Below the pieces are notes generated by a model, which was not told where the DNA came from, did no database searches, and was given only the letters and a program-made list of their open reading frames with translations. Below are positions 20,406 through 30,622 of a stretch of DNA of 64,000 nt, one piece after another (position 1 is the stretch's first letter; every line of letters begins with the position of its first letter). The DNA is from an uncultured Trueperaceae bacterium (GTDB lineage: Bacteria > Deinococcota > Deinococci > Deinococcales > Trueperaceae). The stretch spans positions 64,001 to 128,000 of the forward strand of contig CAWFFU010000011.1 in NCBI GenBank assembly GCA_963815215.1. Direction: 5' to 3'. Both the position numbers and the translations under genes were made by a program.

Positions 20406-21407
20406 TCAGGCCGGCTGGCTGAGCTCGCCCAGACCCGCGATCCCGCTGCGGATGTGCTCGACCAGCCGGCCCTCGACCGCCCGATGGGCCGTGCGCAGCG
20501 CGCTCGCCACGGCGCGGGCGTCGGCACTGCCGTGCCCGATGAAGGCATGGCCGTCCACCCCTAGCAGCGGTTGAGCGCCGTACTCGGCCGGGTCGAGGCG
20601 GGCCGCGATGGAACGCAGGCGGGGCCGGACCAGCATGCCGCCGATGCGGCTGCGCAGGTCGGCGCGAAGGGCGTCGCGCACCCAGGAGAACAGCTCCCTG
20701 GCTTCCCCCTCGGCCAGTTTGAGGATCACGTTGCCGGTGAAGCCGTCGGTGACCACGACGTCAGTCAGCCCGCGGAAGAGGTCGCGCCCCTCGACGTTGC
20801 CGTAGAAGCGCACGCCGGATGTCTCCCGCAACAGCGCGTGGGCGCGCACCACCAGCTCGCTGCCCTTCTCGGGCTCCTCGCCGATGGACATCAACCCCAC
20901 GCTGGGGGACGCCACGCCCCACATGGTGCGCGCGAAGACCGAACCCATCACGGCGAACTGTTGCAGGTGCGAGGGGCGGCACTCGGCGTTCGCGCCCACG
21001 TCGATGAGTGCCACGTAACCGTCCTTGACGGGGATGTTGGCCAGGATGCCGGGTCGCTCGACGCCGCGCAAGCGCCCCAGCACGAACAACGCGGCAGCCA
21101 TGGTCGCGCCGGAGTGACCCATCGACACCGCGGCCGACGCCTTGCCGTCCTTGACCATGCGCATCGCAACCATCACGCTGCTGGACGTGCGCCGGCGCAC
21201 GTCGGCGGCGTGCTCGGTCATGGCGATGACGTCGTCGGCGTGCCGGATGGGAAGCGTGGCCCCGCGCTCGGTGAGACCGGCGCGCAGGACCTCTTCGTCG
21301 CCCACCAGCACCACCGGCACCCCTTCCGCCGCAGCGGCAAGGGCGCCGTCGAGCGCCGCTGCGGGCATCCGGTCGCCCCCCATGGCATCGAGTGCGATCG
21401 GCTCCAT
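20406..21407 (-). CDS. plsX: Phosphate acyltransferase PlsX
   Basis: IALDAMGGD, GHSGATM, DVGANAEC, GNVEGRD, DVVVTDGFTGNV. Confidence 0.95.
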   Translation of the reverse strand: MEPIALDAMGGDRMPAAALDGALAAAAEGVPVVLVGDEEVLRAGLTERGATLPIRHADDVIAMTEHAADVRRRTSSSVMVAMRMVKDGKASAAVSMGHSGATMAAALFVLGRLRGVERPGILANIPVKDGYVALIDVGANAECRPSHLQQFAVMGSVFARTMWGVASPSVGLMSIGEEPEKGSELVVRAHALLRETSGVRFYGNVEGRDLFRGLTDVVVTDGFTGNVILKLAEGEARELFSWVRDALRADLRSRIGGMLVRPRLRSIAARLDPAEYGAQPLLGVDGHAFIGHGSADARAVASALRTAHRAVEGRLVEHIRSGIAGLGELSQPA

Positions 21408-21465
21408 ATCGCGCCAGTATAGCGCCGCCGCCGTGCGCTCCCGGCGAGCCGCTAGACTGACGGAC

Positions 21466-22404
21466 GTGGATGTTCGCTCCTTCGAGGCACCCGACGGCGA
21501 GCGGCTGGACGTGGCCATCGCCATGGCGCTCGAGCTCTCCCGAACCTACGCCAAGGAACTGGTCAGCGAGGGCTACGTGACCATCGACGGCATGCCGGTA
21601 GGCAAGGCCGCGCACAAGCTCGGTGGCCACGAGATCGTTTCGGTGCTGATTCCACCCCCCCGCCCCATGCTGGTGGAGCCGGAGGACATCGATCTGGACA
21701 TCATCTACCAGGACGAGGACCTCGCCGCCATCAACAAGCCTCCCAACCTGGTAGCGCACCCCACCGCCACCGTGCGCACGGGCACGGTGGTGAATGCCCT
21801 GCTGGGCCGAATGGACCTATCGAAGGAGAGGATCTTCGACCCCGCCGATGAGGCGTACCGACCGGGGATCGTGCACCGGTTGGACAAGGACACGTCGGGC
21901 GTGATGGTGGTGGCCAAGAACGACGCCGCCCATCGGCACCTGGCCGCATCGTTCAAGAAGCGTCTCACCGAGAAGGAGTACGTGGCGATCGCCGTGGGCT
22001 CGCTGGACGACGCCGTTCACCTCGACGCGCCCATCGGCCGGCACCCCGTCCAACGTCAGCAGATGACGGTCGGCGGCGAGAACCCGAAGTCCGCCGTCAC
22101 CGCGTTCCGGGTCATCGCCAGGATCCCCGGCTATGTCCTAGTGAAGGCCAAGCCACACTCGGGCCGGACCCACCAGATCCGCGTGCACCTGGCGCACCTG
22201 GGAGTGCCGGTGCTCGGCGATACCGTGTACGGCCGTGCCTCCGAGGTGATGGAGCGGCAGGCTCTGCACGCCTACCGGCTCACCCTGCCCCATCCGCGCG
22301 ACAACCAGGCCATCACCTTCCTCGCCCAGGTGCCCGTCGACATGGTGAGCGCCTGGCTGCGTTTGGGAGGCAGTTGGCCGCCCGGCAAGGACGAGGAACT
22401 CTGA
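21466..22404 (+). CDS. rluD: RluA/RluD-family 23S rRNA pseudouridine synthase with S4 domain
   Basis: INKPPNLVAHP, GIVHRLDKDTSG, GRTHQIRVHL, RQALHAY. Confidence 0.9.
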   Translation: MDVRSFEAPDGERLDVAIAMALELSRTYAKELVSEGYVTIDGMPVGKAAHKLGGHEIVSVLIPPPRPMLVEPEDIDLDIIYQDEDLAAINKPPNLVAHPTATVRTGTVVNALLGRMDLSKERIFDPADEAYRPGIVHRLDKDTSGVMVVAKNDAAHRHLAASFKKRLTEKEYVAIAVGSLDDAVHLDAPIGRHPVQRQQMTVGGENPKSAVTAFRVIARIPGYVLVKAKPHSGRTHQIRVHLAHLGVPVLGDTVYGRASEVMERQALHAYRLTLPHPRDNQAITFLAQVPVDMVSAWLRLGGSWPPGKDEEL

Positions 22405-22487
22405 GGCGCAGAGCCCGACGTCCGGAGCCGCGGTGCGCACACTCGGTAGACTGTCCCGCAGCGTCACGATGAAGGGACGGTGGTGCC

Positions 22488-24314
22488 ATGTCCCTGACGG
22501 ACATGCCCGCATGGCAACTGGACAGCATCTATCCCGGCCTCGATAGCCGGGCCTTCAACGACGACCGCGCCGGCCTCCTCGATGGCATCGACGAGCTGGA
22601 GGCGTTCCTCGACGAACACCACATCCGGGCGCCCGAGAACGGCGGTAAGGGTGAGGCGCAGATAGCCACGCTGGAAGCCTTGATCGAGCGCCTCAACGGC
22701 CTCTACCAGCGCTTCGCCACCCTCGGCTCCTTCCTCGGCAACGCCCTCTCCGTCGACGCCGCCAACGATCGCGTACGCGCCGAGCTCACGGCACTGGATC
22801 CGGCGGAGGCGGCGCTGACCGCGCACGCCGCTCGCGTGACCGCCTGGATCGGCGCCCTCGACCTCGACGCCGCCTGCGAGCGTTCGCCGCTGATACGTGA
22901 CCATGCCCACGCGTTGAAGCGGCTCCAGGCCGAAGCGCTGCACCTGATGGGCGAAGAGGCCGAGGCCCTCGCCGCATCGCTCGACGGCAGCGCGGGGAGT
23001 GCCTGGGAACGGCTCCATTCCGATCTGGTGAGTCGCCGCACGGTGACGGTGCGCCTGCCCGATGACGACGAGCCCAGGGCGTACGGCGTCGCCGAGCTCT
23101 ACGTGAGGCTCGCCGACGAGCGTGAGGACGTAAGGGCGGCCGCGTTCGCAGCGCAGACCGAGCTCCTCGAGCGGGATGCCGTGCCCTTCGCTGCCGCCCT
23201 CAACGGGGTCAAGGGGCAGACGCAGGAACTGGCACGCAGGCGCGGCTGGCCTTCGGTGCTGGCGAGCACGCTGTTCGCCAACGCCATCGACGCCGCCAGC
23301 CTCGCGGCGATGCGCGCCGCCACCGCCGAAGCCGCACCGACGATGCGCCGCTACCTGAGGGCGAAGGCCCGCTTCCTAGGCAAGCAGACGCTGCGCTGGT
23401 CCGATCTGCAGGCGCCTGTCGCCGTCGGGGAACCGCGGCGCTTCGACTGGAACGAGGCCAAGGCGTTCGTGATCGAGCGCTTCGAGCGCTACTCGCCGAG
23501 GTTGGCCGGCTTCGCCGAGCGCGCCTTCCGCGAGGGCTGGGTCGACGTGCCGCCGCGACCCGGCAAACGCAACGGAGCCTACTGCAGCCCGGTGCTCGGG
23601 CGCCGGGAGTCCCGTGTCATGCTCAACTTCGGCGGCCGCCTCTCCGACGTGTTCACTCTGGCGCACGAGCTCGGTCACGCCTACCACAACGACTGCCTGT
23701 ACCGGTACGACCGCACCACCCTGCAGATGCAGCTACCGATGACACTGGCGGAGACGGCCAGTATCTTCTGCGAAACGCTGGTAGCCAACGGGCTGCTGGA
23801 CGAAGCCGACGAGGCCATGGAGCTCGCCATCCTGGAGCAGGACCTGCGGCAGACCTCGACGCTGGTGCTCGACATCGAGGCACGTTTCCGCTTCGAGTCT
23901 GCGGTGTTCGAGGGGCGCTCCAAGCGCACGCTGACCCCGACGGAGTTCGACGAGCTCATGAGCGGCGCGCAGGGTGAGGCGTACGGTGACGCGCTGTCCG
24001 CCGACGGCCGGCACCGGCTGGCCTGGGCCGAGAAGCCTCACTACTACTTCAGTAGCCGTTCGTTCTACAACTACCCCTACACCTTCGGGTTCCTCTTCGG
24101 TCGCGGCCTCTACAGCGTCTATCGAGCGGACCCCGACGCCTTCTTGGAGCGCTACGACGCTCTCCTCGCTGGTACCGGCATGGCCGACGCGGCCGCCCTG
24201 GCCGCGGACTTCGGCATCGACATCCGGGACCCGGGCTTCTGGAGGAGTAGCCTGGCCGTAGCCGAGGAACGCGTGGCACGGTTCGAGACTCTCGTAGGGA
24301 GGATGACGTCATGA
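22488..24314 (+). CDS. pepF: M3 family oligoendopeptidase F
   Basis: WQLDSIYP start, RPGKRNGAYC, LAHELGHAYH zinc motif, LAETAS, FYNYPYTFG. Confidence 0.9.
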   Translation: MSLTDMPAWQLDSIYPGLDSRAFNDDRAGLLDGIDELEAFLDEHHIRAPENGGKGEAQIATLEALIERLNGLYQRFATLGSFLGNALSVDAANDRVRAELTALDPAEAALTAHAARVTAWIGALDLDAACERSPLIRDHAHALKRLQAEALHLMGEEAEALAASLDGSAGSAWERLHSDLVSRRTVTVRLPDDDEPRAYGVAELYVRLADEREDVRAAAFAAQTELLERDAVPFAAALNGVKGQTQELARRRGWPSVLASTLFANAIDAASLAAMRAATAEAAPTMRRYLRAKARFLGKQTLRWSDLQAPVAVGEPRRFDWNEAKAFVIERFERYSPRLAGFAERAFREGWVDVPPRPGKRNGAYCSPVLGRRESRVMLNFGGRLSDVFTLAHELGHAYHNDCLYRYDRTTLQMQLPMTLAETASIFCETLVANGLLDEADEAMELAILEQDLRQTSTLVLDIEARFRFESAVFEGRSKRTLTPTEFDELMSGAQGEAYGDALSADGRHRLAWAEKPHYYFSSRSFYNYPYTFGFLFGRGLYSVYRADPDAFLERYDALLAGTGMADAAALAADFGIDIRDPGFWRSSLAVAEERVARFETLVGRMTS

Positions 24315-25090
24315 ACTACCGTGATCTCTTCGATCTCTCGGGCAAGTCCGCCCTCGTCGTGGGAGCGGGTTCGGGGATCGGGCGAGCGGTGGCGGCAGGC
24401 CTGGCCGACTTCGGGGCCCGGGTCGTGTGCGCCGACGTGCACGCCCAGACGGCGGAAGCCGCGGCAGCCGAGGTCGAGGAGCGAGGCGGAACGGCACGGG
24501 CCGTGGGCGTCGACATCACCCAGGAGGATCAGGTCCGCGACCTCATCGGCGGGCTGGACGCCCTCGACATCCTCGTGAGCACGCCGTCGATCAACGTGCG
24601 CAAGCCCCTGCTCGAGGTCACGGCCGAGGAGTTCCAGCGCGTGATCGACCTCAACCTGAAGGGCAGCTTCCTGGTGATGCGCGAAGCCGGCAAGCGCATG
24701 GCCGAACAGGGCAGCGGCAGCCTCATCTTCTTCTCCTCCATCCGCGCCCAGGTGGTGGAGCCGGGGCAGGGCGTGTACGCCGCGACCAAGGCCGGAACGC
24801 TGCAGATGATCCGAGCGCTGGCCGCCGAGCTGGGCCCGAGGGGGGTGCGCGCCAACGCAGTGGCTCCGGGCGTCGTGGAGACGCCGTTGACGGCTCAGAT
24901 CAAGAACCGGCCGGAGTGGTACCGGGCCTACGCCGAGAAAGGGGCGCTCGGCCGTTGGGCGCAACCGAGCGAGATGGTCGGCGCGGTGGTGTACCTCGCG
25001 AGCGACGCCGCCAGCTTCGTGACCGGCTCACTGCTGTTCGTGGACGGCGGCTGGACGGCTGTGGACGGGCGTTTCACCCCGCCGCTGTGA
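24311..25090 (+). CDS. SDR family oxidoreductase
   Basis: GAGSGIG, YAATK catalytic motif, NAVAPG, VDGG. Confidence 0.92.
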   Translation: MNYRDLFDLSGKSALVVGAGSGIGRAVAAGLADFGARVVCADVHAQTAEAAAAEVEERGGTARAVGVDITQEDQVRDLIGGLDALDILVSTPSINVRKPLLEVTAEEFQRVIDLNLKGSFLVMREAGKRMAEQGSGSLIFFSSIRAQVVEPGQGVYAATKAGTLQMIRALAAELGPRGVRANAVAPGVVETPLTAQIKNRPEWYRAYAEKGALGRWAQPSEMVGAVVYLASDAASFVTGSLLFVDGGWTAVDGRFTPPL

Positions 25091-26355
25091 GCCTTGACGC
25101 ACGCGCTCGTCGTGCGGCCGAGGCGGTCGACCCGGACCGGGTCGCGGCCCTGGCGCAGGGCCTGGTGCGCGCGCGCAGCGTGTTCGAGCCCGGGCAAGGC
25201 GGCAACGAAACGGCGGCCGCGGCCTTCGTGGCGGAGGCGCTGCGTGGGATCGGACTGGAGCCCCTCGTCGAAGAGGCCGCTCCCGACCGTCCCAACGTGA
25301 TCTGCGACTGGTCGGGCAGCGCTTTCGACCCCGCCGTCCACCGCACGCTCATGTTCGAGGGCCACAGCGACGTCGTCACCGAAGGCGATCCCGGCCAGTG
25401 GCGCGTGCCGCCGTTCGACGGCCGCATCGAGGGTGACGTGCTCCACGGCCGCGGCAGCGCCGACATGAAGGCCGGCGTCGCCGCCGCCATCGCGGCGCTC
25501 GAGGCCGTTCGCAGCGTTGCACCGGATCTCCCCGGCCGCATCCGTCTCGGCATCGTCGCTGACGAGGAGGGCATGATGCTCGGCATCAAGCACTTCATCG
25601 AACGGGGCTGGGCCGACGAGGTGAGCGGCGCCATCATCTGCGAACCCGAAGAGAACGAGATCTGCCTCTTCCAGAAGGGAGCCATGCGCCTGCACGTGCG
25701 CGTCCGCGGGGTGATGAGCCACGGTGCGATGCCCTACGCAGGGGTGAACCCGATCCTTGGGCTGAACGACATCCTCACGACCGTTCGCTCCATCGAACGC
25801 TCCGAGCAGGTGCGCCTGGGTACCCATCCCCACCTCGGCCTGCCCTGGATCACCCCCACCATCGTGACGGCGCCGGCCGGCGGCGAGGCGCAGCACAACG
25901 TGATGCCGGAGGAGGCCTACCTGGCCCTCGACATCCGCACGGTTCCCGGGCAGGACCACGATGCTCTGCTGGAGCAGATCGCCACGCGGTGCCGCGAGCT
26001 GGAGCGAGCGACCCCCCGGCTGAAGATCGAGGTGGAGTGCTTCGAGTCGCGGCCGTGGACCGAGACGCCCGCCGACGACCCGCTGGTGCGGGCGTTCGAG
26101 GTCGCCTACCCCGAGATCTTGCAGCGCCCGCCCCGATACGGGGGCGTACCGGGTGCCACCGACGGCACCTTCCTGCGGGCATGGCGCGACATCCCCATCG
26201 TCACCCTGGGACCGGGCGACCGCACCATCCCTCACCAGGTGGACGAGTTCGTGCGGCTGTCGGAGGCGGTGACGTCGGCCCGCCTTTACGCCGCCGCGGC
26301 CGTGGAGTACCTTGGAAAGGTCACCTCAATCCGTCCCGTTTCCGCAGACGCTTAG
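25087..26355 (+). CDS. M20 family metallopeptidase/deacylase (ArgE/DapE-like)
   Basis: EGHSDVV, GRGSADMKAG, ADEE, ICEP, GATDG, HQVDE. Confidence 0.9.
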   Translation: MSLDARARRAAEAVDPDRVAALAQGLVRARSVFEPGQGGNETAAAAFVAEALRGIGLEPLVEEAAPDRPNVICDWSGSAFDPAVHRTLMFEGHSDVVTEGDPGQWRVPPFDGRIEGDVLHGRGSADMKAGVAAAIAALEAVRSVAPDLPGRIRLGIVADEEGMMLGIKHFIERGWADEVSGAIICEPEENEICLFQKGAMRLHVRVRGVMSHGAMPYAGVNPILGLNDILTTVRSIERSEQVRLGTHPHLGLPWITPTIVTAPAGGEAQHNVMPEEAYLALDIRTVPGQDHDALLEQIATRCRELERATPRLKIEVECFESRPWTETPADDPLVRAFEVAYPEILQRPPRYGGVPGATDGTFLRAWRDIPIVTLGPGDRTIPHQVDEFVRLSEAVTSARLYAAAAVEYLGKVTSIRPVSADA

Positions 26356-26399
26356 GCCGCGCCGATCCGGGGGCCGGTGATCCTCGAAGGAGGAACGAC

Positions 26400-27899
26400 A
26401 TGAAGCGAGTGCTGCTCTTCCTGGTTGCGTTGACCTTGATCGGGACCCTGGCATGGGCGGCCGATCCGCCTCCCCAGCGGGGCGGCACCGTAACGGTCGC
26501 CATCACGGCCGATCCGCCGGGATGGGACCCGACCGCCTCCACCTCGCAGGAGATCGCCCGCGTGGTCTACCACAACGTCTACGAGGGCCTGGTGCGCCTC
26601 GACCGGAACGGCAACATCGTGCCGGCGCTGGCGAAGTCCTGGACGACCAGCCCAGACGGCAAGACGCTGACGTTCCAGCTTCGGACCGGTGTGACCTTCC
26701 ATGACGGCACGCCGTTCACGGCCGAGGACGTGGTGAAGACCTTCGAGCGAGCCAAGGACAAGAGCTCGGGGCACACGCACCCCGAGTACTACGCGTCGAT
26801 CGATACCGTCGAGGCGGGGCCCGACAACACCGTCGTGTTCCACCTCAACGAGCCCAACTCCAGCCTGCTGTTCAACCTGGCACGACCGGACTCGGTCATC
26901 TACCCTCCGTCCGAGGCCAGCACCCAGCGAAGCCATCCGATCGGCACCGGGCCCTTCATGTTCGCCTCCTACACGCCCGGCAGCGAAGTCGTTCTGGTGC
27001 GCAACCCCCACTACTACATCAAGGGCGAGCCCTACCTCGACAAGGTCGTGTTCAAGATCATGCCGGATCCCAACACCCGCTTCGCGGCGCTGCAGGCCGG
27101 AGACATCGACATGATCGCGAGTTCGCTGCCGCCCGAGCAGTACCTTCAGATCAAGAAGGGAAGCGTGACCGGCGTCAAGGGCACCGAGGGCACGGCCACC
27201 ACCGAGATCACGTTGGCGCTCAACAACGCCCGGCCGCCGCTGAACGACAAGCGCGTGCGCGAAGCCATCACCATGGCGATCGACAAGAAGGCGATCGTCC
27301 AGGGCGCCATGTTCGGGCTGGGCACGGTGATCAGCACGCACATGACGCCCGCGGAGCCCTACTACATCAACCCCGATCCGTACCCGTACGACCCGGCGAA
27401 GGCGAAGCAGCTCCTGGCCGAGGCCGGCTATCCGAACGGCTTCAAGATCAAGTTCGAGCTGCCACAGCCCTACCCGATCGAGCGGCGCACCGGTCAGGTC
27501 ATCGCGCAACAGCTCAAGCAGGTGGGCATCGACGCGCAGGTCTCGGTGGTCGAGTGGACCACCTGGCTGCAGCGCATCTTCCTGGGCGGCGACTACGACA
27601 TGACCATCATCGGTCACTCCGAGCCGCGCGACATCGGCATCTACGGCAACCCCAACTACTACTTCCACTACGACAACCCGGTGGTGCAGAACCTGCTCAA
27701 GCAGGCGCAGGCCGCCACCTCGCCGCAGGTGCAGACGGCCGACTACCAGGAGGTCGGTACGATCATCGCGAAGGACGCGGTCAACGTATGGGTCTTCAGT
27801 CCGCCCTACCTGGTGGCGGCGCGCAACGATGTCTACGGCTTCTGGACCAACCAACCCACCCCGGCGATCGACATGACCCGCGTCTACCGCGCTCCCTAG
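26400..27899 (+). CDS. Peptide/nickel ABC transporter substrate-binding protein (family 5)
   Basis: Signal peptide; LRTGVTFHDGTPFTAEDV family-5 signature; AAGGAGG RBS. Confidence 0.93.
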   Translation: MKRVLLFLVALTLIGTLAWAADPPPQRGGTVTVAITADPPGWDPTASTSQEIARVVYHNVYEGLVRLDRNGNIVPALAKSWTTSPDGKTLTFQLRTGVTFHDGTPFTAEDVVKTFERAKDKSSGHTHPEYYASIDTVEAGPDNTVVFHLNEPNSSLLFNLARPDSVIYPPSEASTQRSHPIGTGPFMFASYTPGSEVVLVRNPHYYIKGEPYLDKVVFKIMPDPNTRFAALQAGDIDMIASSLPPEQYLQIKKGSVTGVKGTEGTATTEITLALNNARPPLNDKRVREAITMAIDKKAIVQGAMFGLGTVISTHMTPAEPYYINPDPYPYDPAKAKQLLAEAGYPNGFKIKFELPQPYPIERRTGQVIAQQLKQVGIDAQVSVVEWTTWLQRIFLGGDYDMTIIGHSEPRDIGIYGNPNYYFHYDNPVVQNLLKQAQAATSPQVQTADYQEVGTIIAKDAVNVWVFSPPYLVAARNDVYGFWTNQPTPAIDMTRVYRAP

Positions 27900-27916
27900 G
27901 CTCACCAGCGAACGGG

Positions 27917-27940
27917 GGACGACGTTCGGCGCCGTCCCCC
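27917..27940 (+). terminator. GC-rich stem-loop between SBP and permease (terminator or mRNA stabiliser)
   Basis: GGGGGACG...CGTCCCCC inverted repeat directly after the SBP stop; no strong U tract. Confidence 0.45.
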
Positions 27941-27950
27941 TCGCCGCTTC

Positions 27951-28895
27951 ATGCTCAGTTTCCTCACGCGCCGCTTCCTCACCGCCCTAGTCAGCGTGTT
28001 GCTGGCGTCCGTCGTGGTCTTCTCCGCGCTACTGGCGGTGCCCGGTGATCCCGCCGAGGCCATCCTCGGGCTTAACGCCAGCCCGCAGGCGCTAGGCGCG
28101 CTCCGCCACCAGCTCGGCCTCGACGAACCACCGGCGAAACGCTACGTTCAGTGGCTGGGCGGGATCCTGCATGGCGACTTCGGGGAGTCCCTGAACTACC
28201 AGAAGCCGGTGGGGTCGCTCATCCGCGACCGCCTGGCCGTCTCCGTGCCGCTGTCGCTGGGCGCCGCCCTGCTGGCGTGCCTCATCGCCCTGCCCCTGGG
28301 CATCCTGGCGGCCCTCCGCCGCGGCACCGTGCTCGATCCCTTGATCACCGCCGCGTCGCAATTGGGTGCCGCCATCCCGAGCTTCTGGCTCGGCCTGATG
28401 ATGATCCTGCTTTTCGCCGTGCGTCTGCACTGGCTGCCGGCCGGCGGCTTCGCGGGATGGCACGCCGATCCCGTGCGCTCGCTGCGCAGCCTGGTCCTGC
28501 CGGTCTTCGCCCTGGGGCTGGGGCAGGCCGCCGTGATCACCCGCATGACGCGAGCGGCGATGCTCGAGGAGCTGGATCAGGACTATGTCCGAACGGCGCG
28601 CGCCAAGGGGCTGGCGGCGCTCCGCGTAGTTCTCCTGCACGCGCTTCGCAACGCTCTGGTCACGATCGTGACGATCTTCGGGCTCAGTCTCACCAACGTC
28701 TTCATCGGCTCGATCATCATCGAGCAGGTCTTCGCCTTGCCGGGGATGGGGCGCTTGGTCCTCACCGCTATCGGCGCGCGCGACTTCCCGCTGTTGCAGG
28801 GTGAGATCCTCGTCTACGCCTCCACCATCGTGGCGCTGAGCTTCCTGGTGGACATCTCCTACGGATTCCTCGACCCGCGCATCCGGTACGAGTGA
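27951..28895 (+). CDS. Peptide ABC transporter permease (DppB/OppB-like)
   Basis: PGDPA, LGLDEP, DYVRTARAKGL EAA loop, RDFPLLQG, LDPRIRY. Confidence 0.93.
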   Translation: MLSFLTRRFLTALVSVLLASVVVFSALLAVPGDPAEAILGLNASPQALGALRHQLGLDEPPAKRYVQWLGGILHGDFGESLNYQKPVGSLIRDRLAVSVPLSLGAALLACLIALPLGILAALRRGTVLDPLITAASQLGAAIPSFWLGLMMILLFAVRLHWLPAGGFAGWHADPVRSLRSLVLPVFALGLGQAAVITRMTRAAMLEELDQDYVRTARAKGLAALRVVLLHALRNALVTIVTIFGLSLTNVFIGSIIIEQVFALPGMGRLVLTAIGARDFPLLQGEILVYASTIVALSFLVDISYGFLDPRIRYE

Positions 28896-29701
28896 TGCGG
28901 CGGCTCAACCTCGTCCTGGGAACGGTGCTCATCGGAACGGTAGTGGCCGCGGCGCTGCTCAGTTTCGTGTGGTTGCCGTTCGATCCCAACGCTCTGGACT
29001 TCGCCTCCCAGCTCACCGGGCCCTCGTCCCAGCACTGGCTGGGTACGGACGAGTTCGGACGCGATCTGTTCAGCCGCGTGCTGGTCGGGGCTCGGGGGAC
29101 CCTCTACGTCGGGTTCATCGCGGTGGGCCTGGCGCTCAGCGTCGGCAGCCTGCTGGGCGCCGTCGCCGGCTACACCGGGTCGCTTCTCGACGAGCTGTTG
29201 ATGCGGCTGGTGGATGTGCTCTACGCCTTCCCCGCCATCCTGATGGCGCTTCTCCTGGCCGCCATCTACCAGCCTGGCACGCTGACCGCCATGAGCGCGA
29301 TCGGCCTCGCCACCGTGCCGATCTTCGCGCGCCTCACGCGCGCATCCGTACTCTCGTTGAAGCAGCGGGGCTACGTCGAAGCGGGTCGGGCCCTGGGCGC
29401 GAGCCACGGCCGTTTGCTGCGACGCTACATCCTCCCGGGCGCGCTCGGGCCGATCCTGGTCCAGGCGAGCCTCAGCATGGCGGTGGCCGTGCTGGCCGAG
29501 GCTGCCCTCAGCTTCCTGGGGCTGGGAACACCCCCCGGCGTGCCGTCGTGGGGGAACATGCTGCGCGAGGCACAGGGCTTCCTTGCCATGAGCCCGTATC
29601 CGGCACTCGTGCCCGGGCTCGCCATCGTCTGGACGGTGCTGGGTTGGAGCCTCCTCGGCGACGGCCTGCGCGACCTCGCCGATCCTCGAAGCCGCCGCTG
29701 A
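28895..29701 (+). CDS. Peptide ABC transporter permease (DppC/OppC-like)
   Basis: HWLGTDEFGRDLFSR, YVEAGRALGAS, LSFLGLG, GDGLRD. Confidence 0.93.
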   Translation: MRRLNLVLGTVLIGTVVAAALLSFVWLPFDPNALDFASQLTGPSSQHWLGTDEFGRDLFSRVLVGARGTLYVGFIAVGLALSVGSLLGAVAGYTGSLLDELLMRLVDVLYAFPAILMALLLAAIYQPGTLTAMSAIGLATVPIFARLTRASVLSLKQRGYVEAGRALGASHGRLLRRYILPGALGPILVQASLSMAVAVLAEAALSFLGLGTPPGVPSWGNMLREAQGFLAMSPYPALVPGLAIVWTVLGWSLLGDGLRDLADPRSRR

Positions 29702-29931
29702 TGAGCCACCCGGGCGCGCCCGTGTCCGCCCCTAAGCACGAGCGCAGGCCGGCCCGGCTCGAGGCCTGGCGGCCACACGAACGTGTGTGGGATGCCTTCG
29801 GCCCGCGCGCCGCGGCTCCCCTCCAGGCTGTTGCCTTCGGATCGGCCCGCCTCGGCGGCAACCAAGGCGTAACCCGCCTCTGTCCACCATGAGACTCCCG
29901 GAACGGGAATCGAGTGGAGGAGGTCGAGAGC

Positions 29932-30471
29932 ATGTCGAGGAAGAAGATTGGCGTGAGGCTCAAGCTGGCTCATGAAACGTTCGGGAACCTTGTCGACGAG
30001 GTGCTGGCGCGCTCCGGCCTCTCGTCCCCCGATCCGTCCTCCGGAGGCGTGGCAGAGATCATCCTCGACTACCCCCTCGCCTGGGCCTTCGGACAACTCG
30101 ACACCATGAACAGCATCGAGCGCGCCCGCACACTGGTGGTGACGCAATCGGCTCATCCCGCCTACCACGACTGCCTCGCGAGCTACCACGTCAGCGGTGT
30201 CGTCGAGTCCACCAACGAGCCCGCCCTGCTGAGCGGCGTCTACGCAGCTGCAGCATCGCAGCGCACCTACCAGTGGAAGTCCGGGCTCACCTACATGGAG
30301 CTGCGAGTAACGCGCTTGCTGCTCAGAGGCTTCGATACCGGCCGGGCGGCCGCTCAACTCAGCATCTCGTTCAAGACCGTGAACGCCCACGTCTCCAACG
30401 TTCTGGGCAAGCTCGGCTACGACAATCGCGCCCAACTCGTTGCCGGTCTACTGAGCCATCACCAAGCCTGA
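29932..30471 (+). CDS. LuxR/NarL-type HTH regulator with degenerate receiver-like N-terminus
   Basis: C-terminal LTYMELRVTRLLLRG...LSISFKTVNAHVSNVLGKLG..NRAQLV; the N-terminus has IILDY but lacks the acidic pocket; GGAGGAGG RBS. Confidence 0.82.
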   Translation: MSRKKIGVRLKLAHETFGNLVDEVLARSGLSSPDPSSGGVAEIILDYPLAWAFGQLDTMNSIERARTLVVTQSAHPAYHDCLASYHVSGVVESTNEPALLSGVYAAAASQRTYQWKSGLTYMELRVTRLLLRGFDTGRAAAQLSISFKTVNAHVSNVLGKLGYDNRAQLVAGLLSHHQA

Positions 30472-30498
30472 CCCAGAGTGGTCATCCCATCTCCCCAA

Positions 30499-30530
30499 GC
30501 GCGCCGTTCCATCTCCCGCGAACGGCGCGC
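30499..30530. terminator. 11-bp perfect stem-loop between convergent regulators, C-rich loop on plus strand
   Basis: GCGCGCCGTTC-CATCTCCCGC-GAACGGCGCGC. Confidence 0.55.
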
Positions 30531-30622
30531 CCATCGTGCCGGGACGAGCGTTCGGCCCGAGCGCCCATCCCGGCACGACACCGCGCCGCACGAACCGACG
30601 ATCGACGGCGGAGGGTCGGTTC

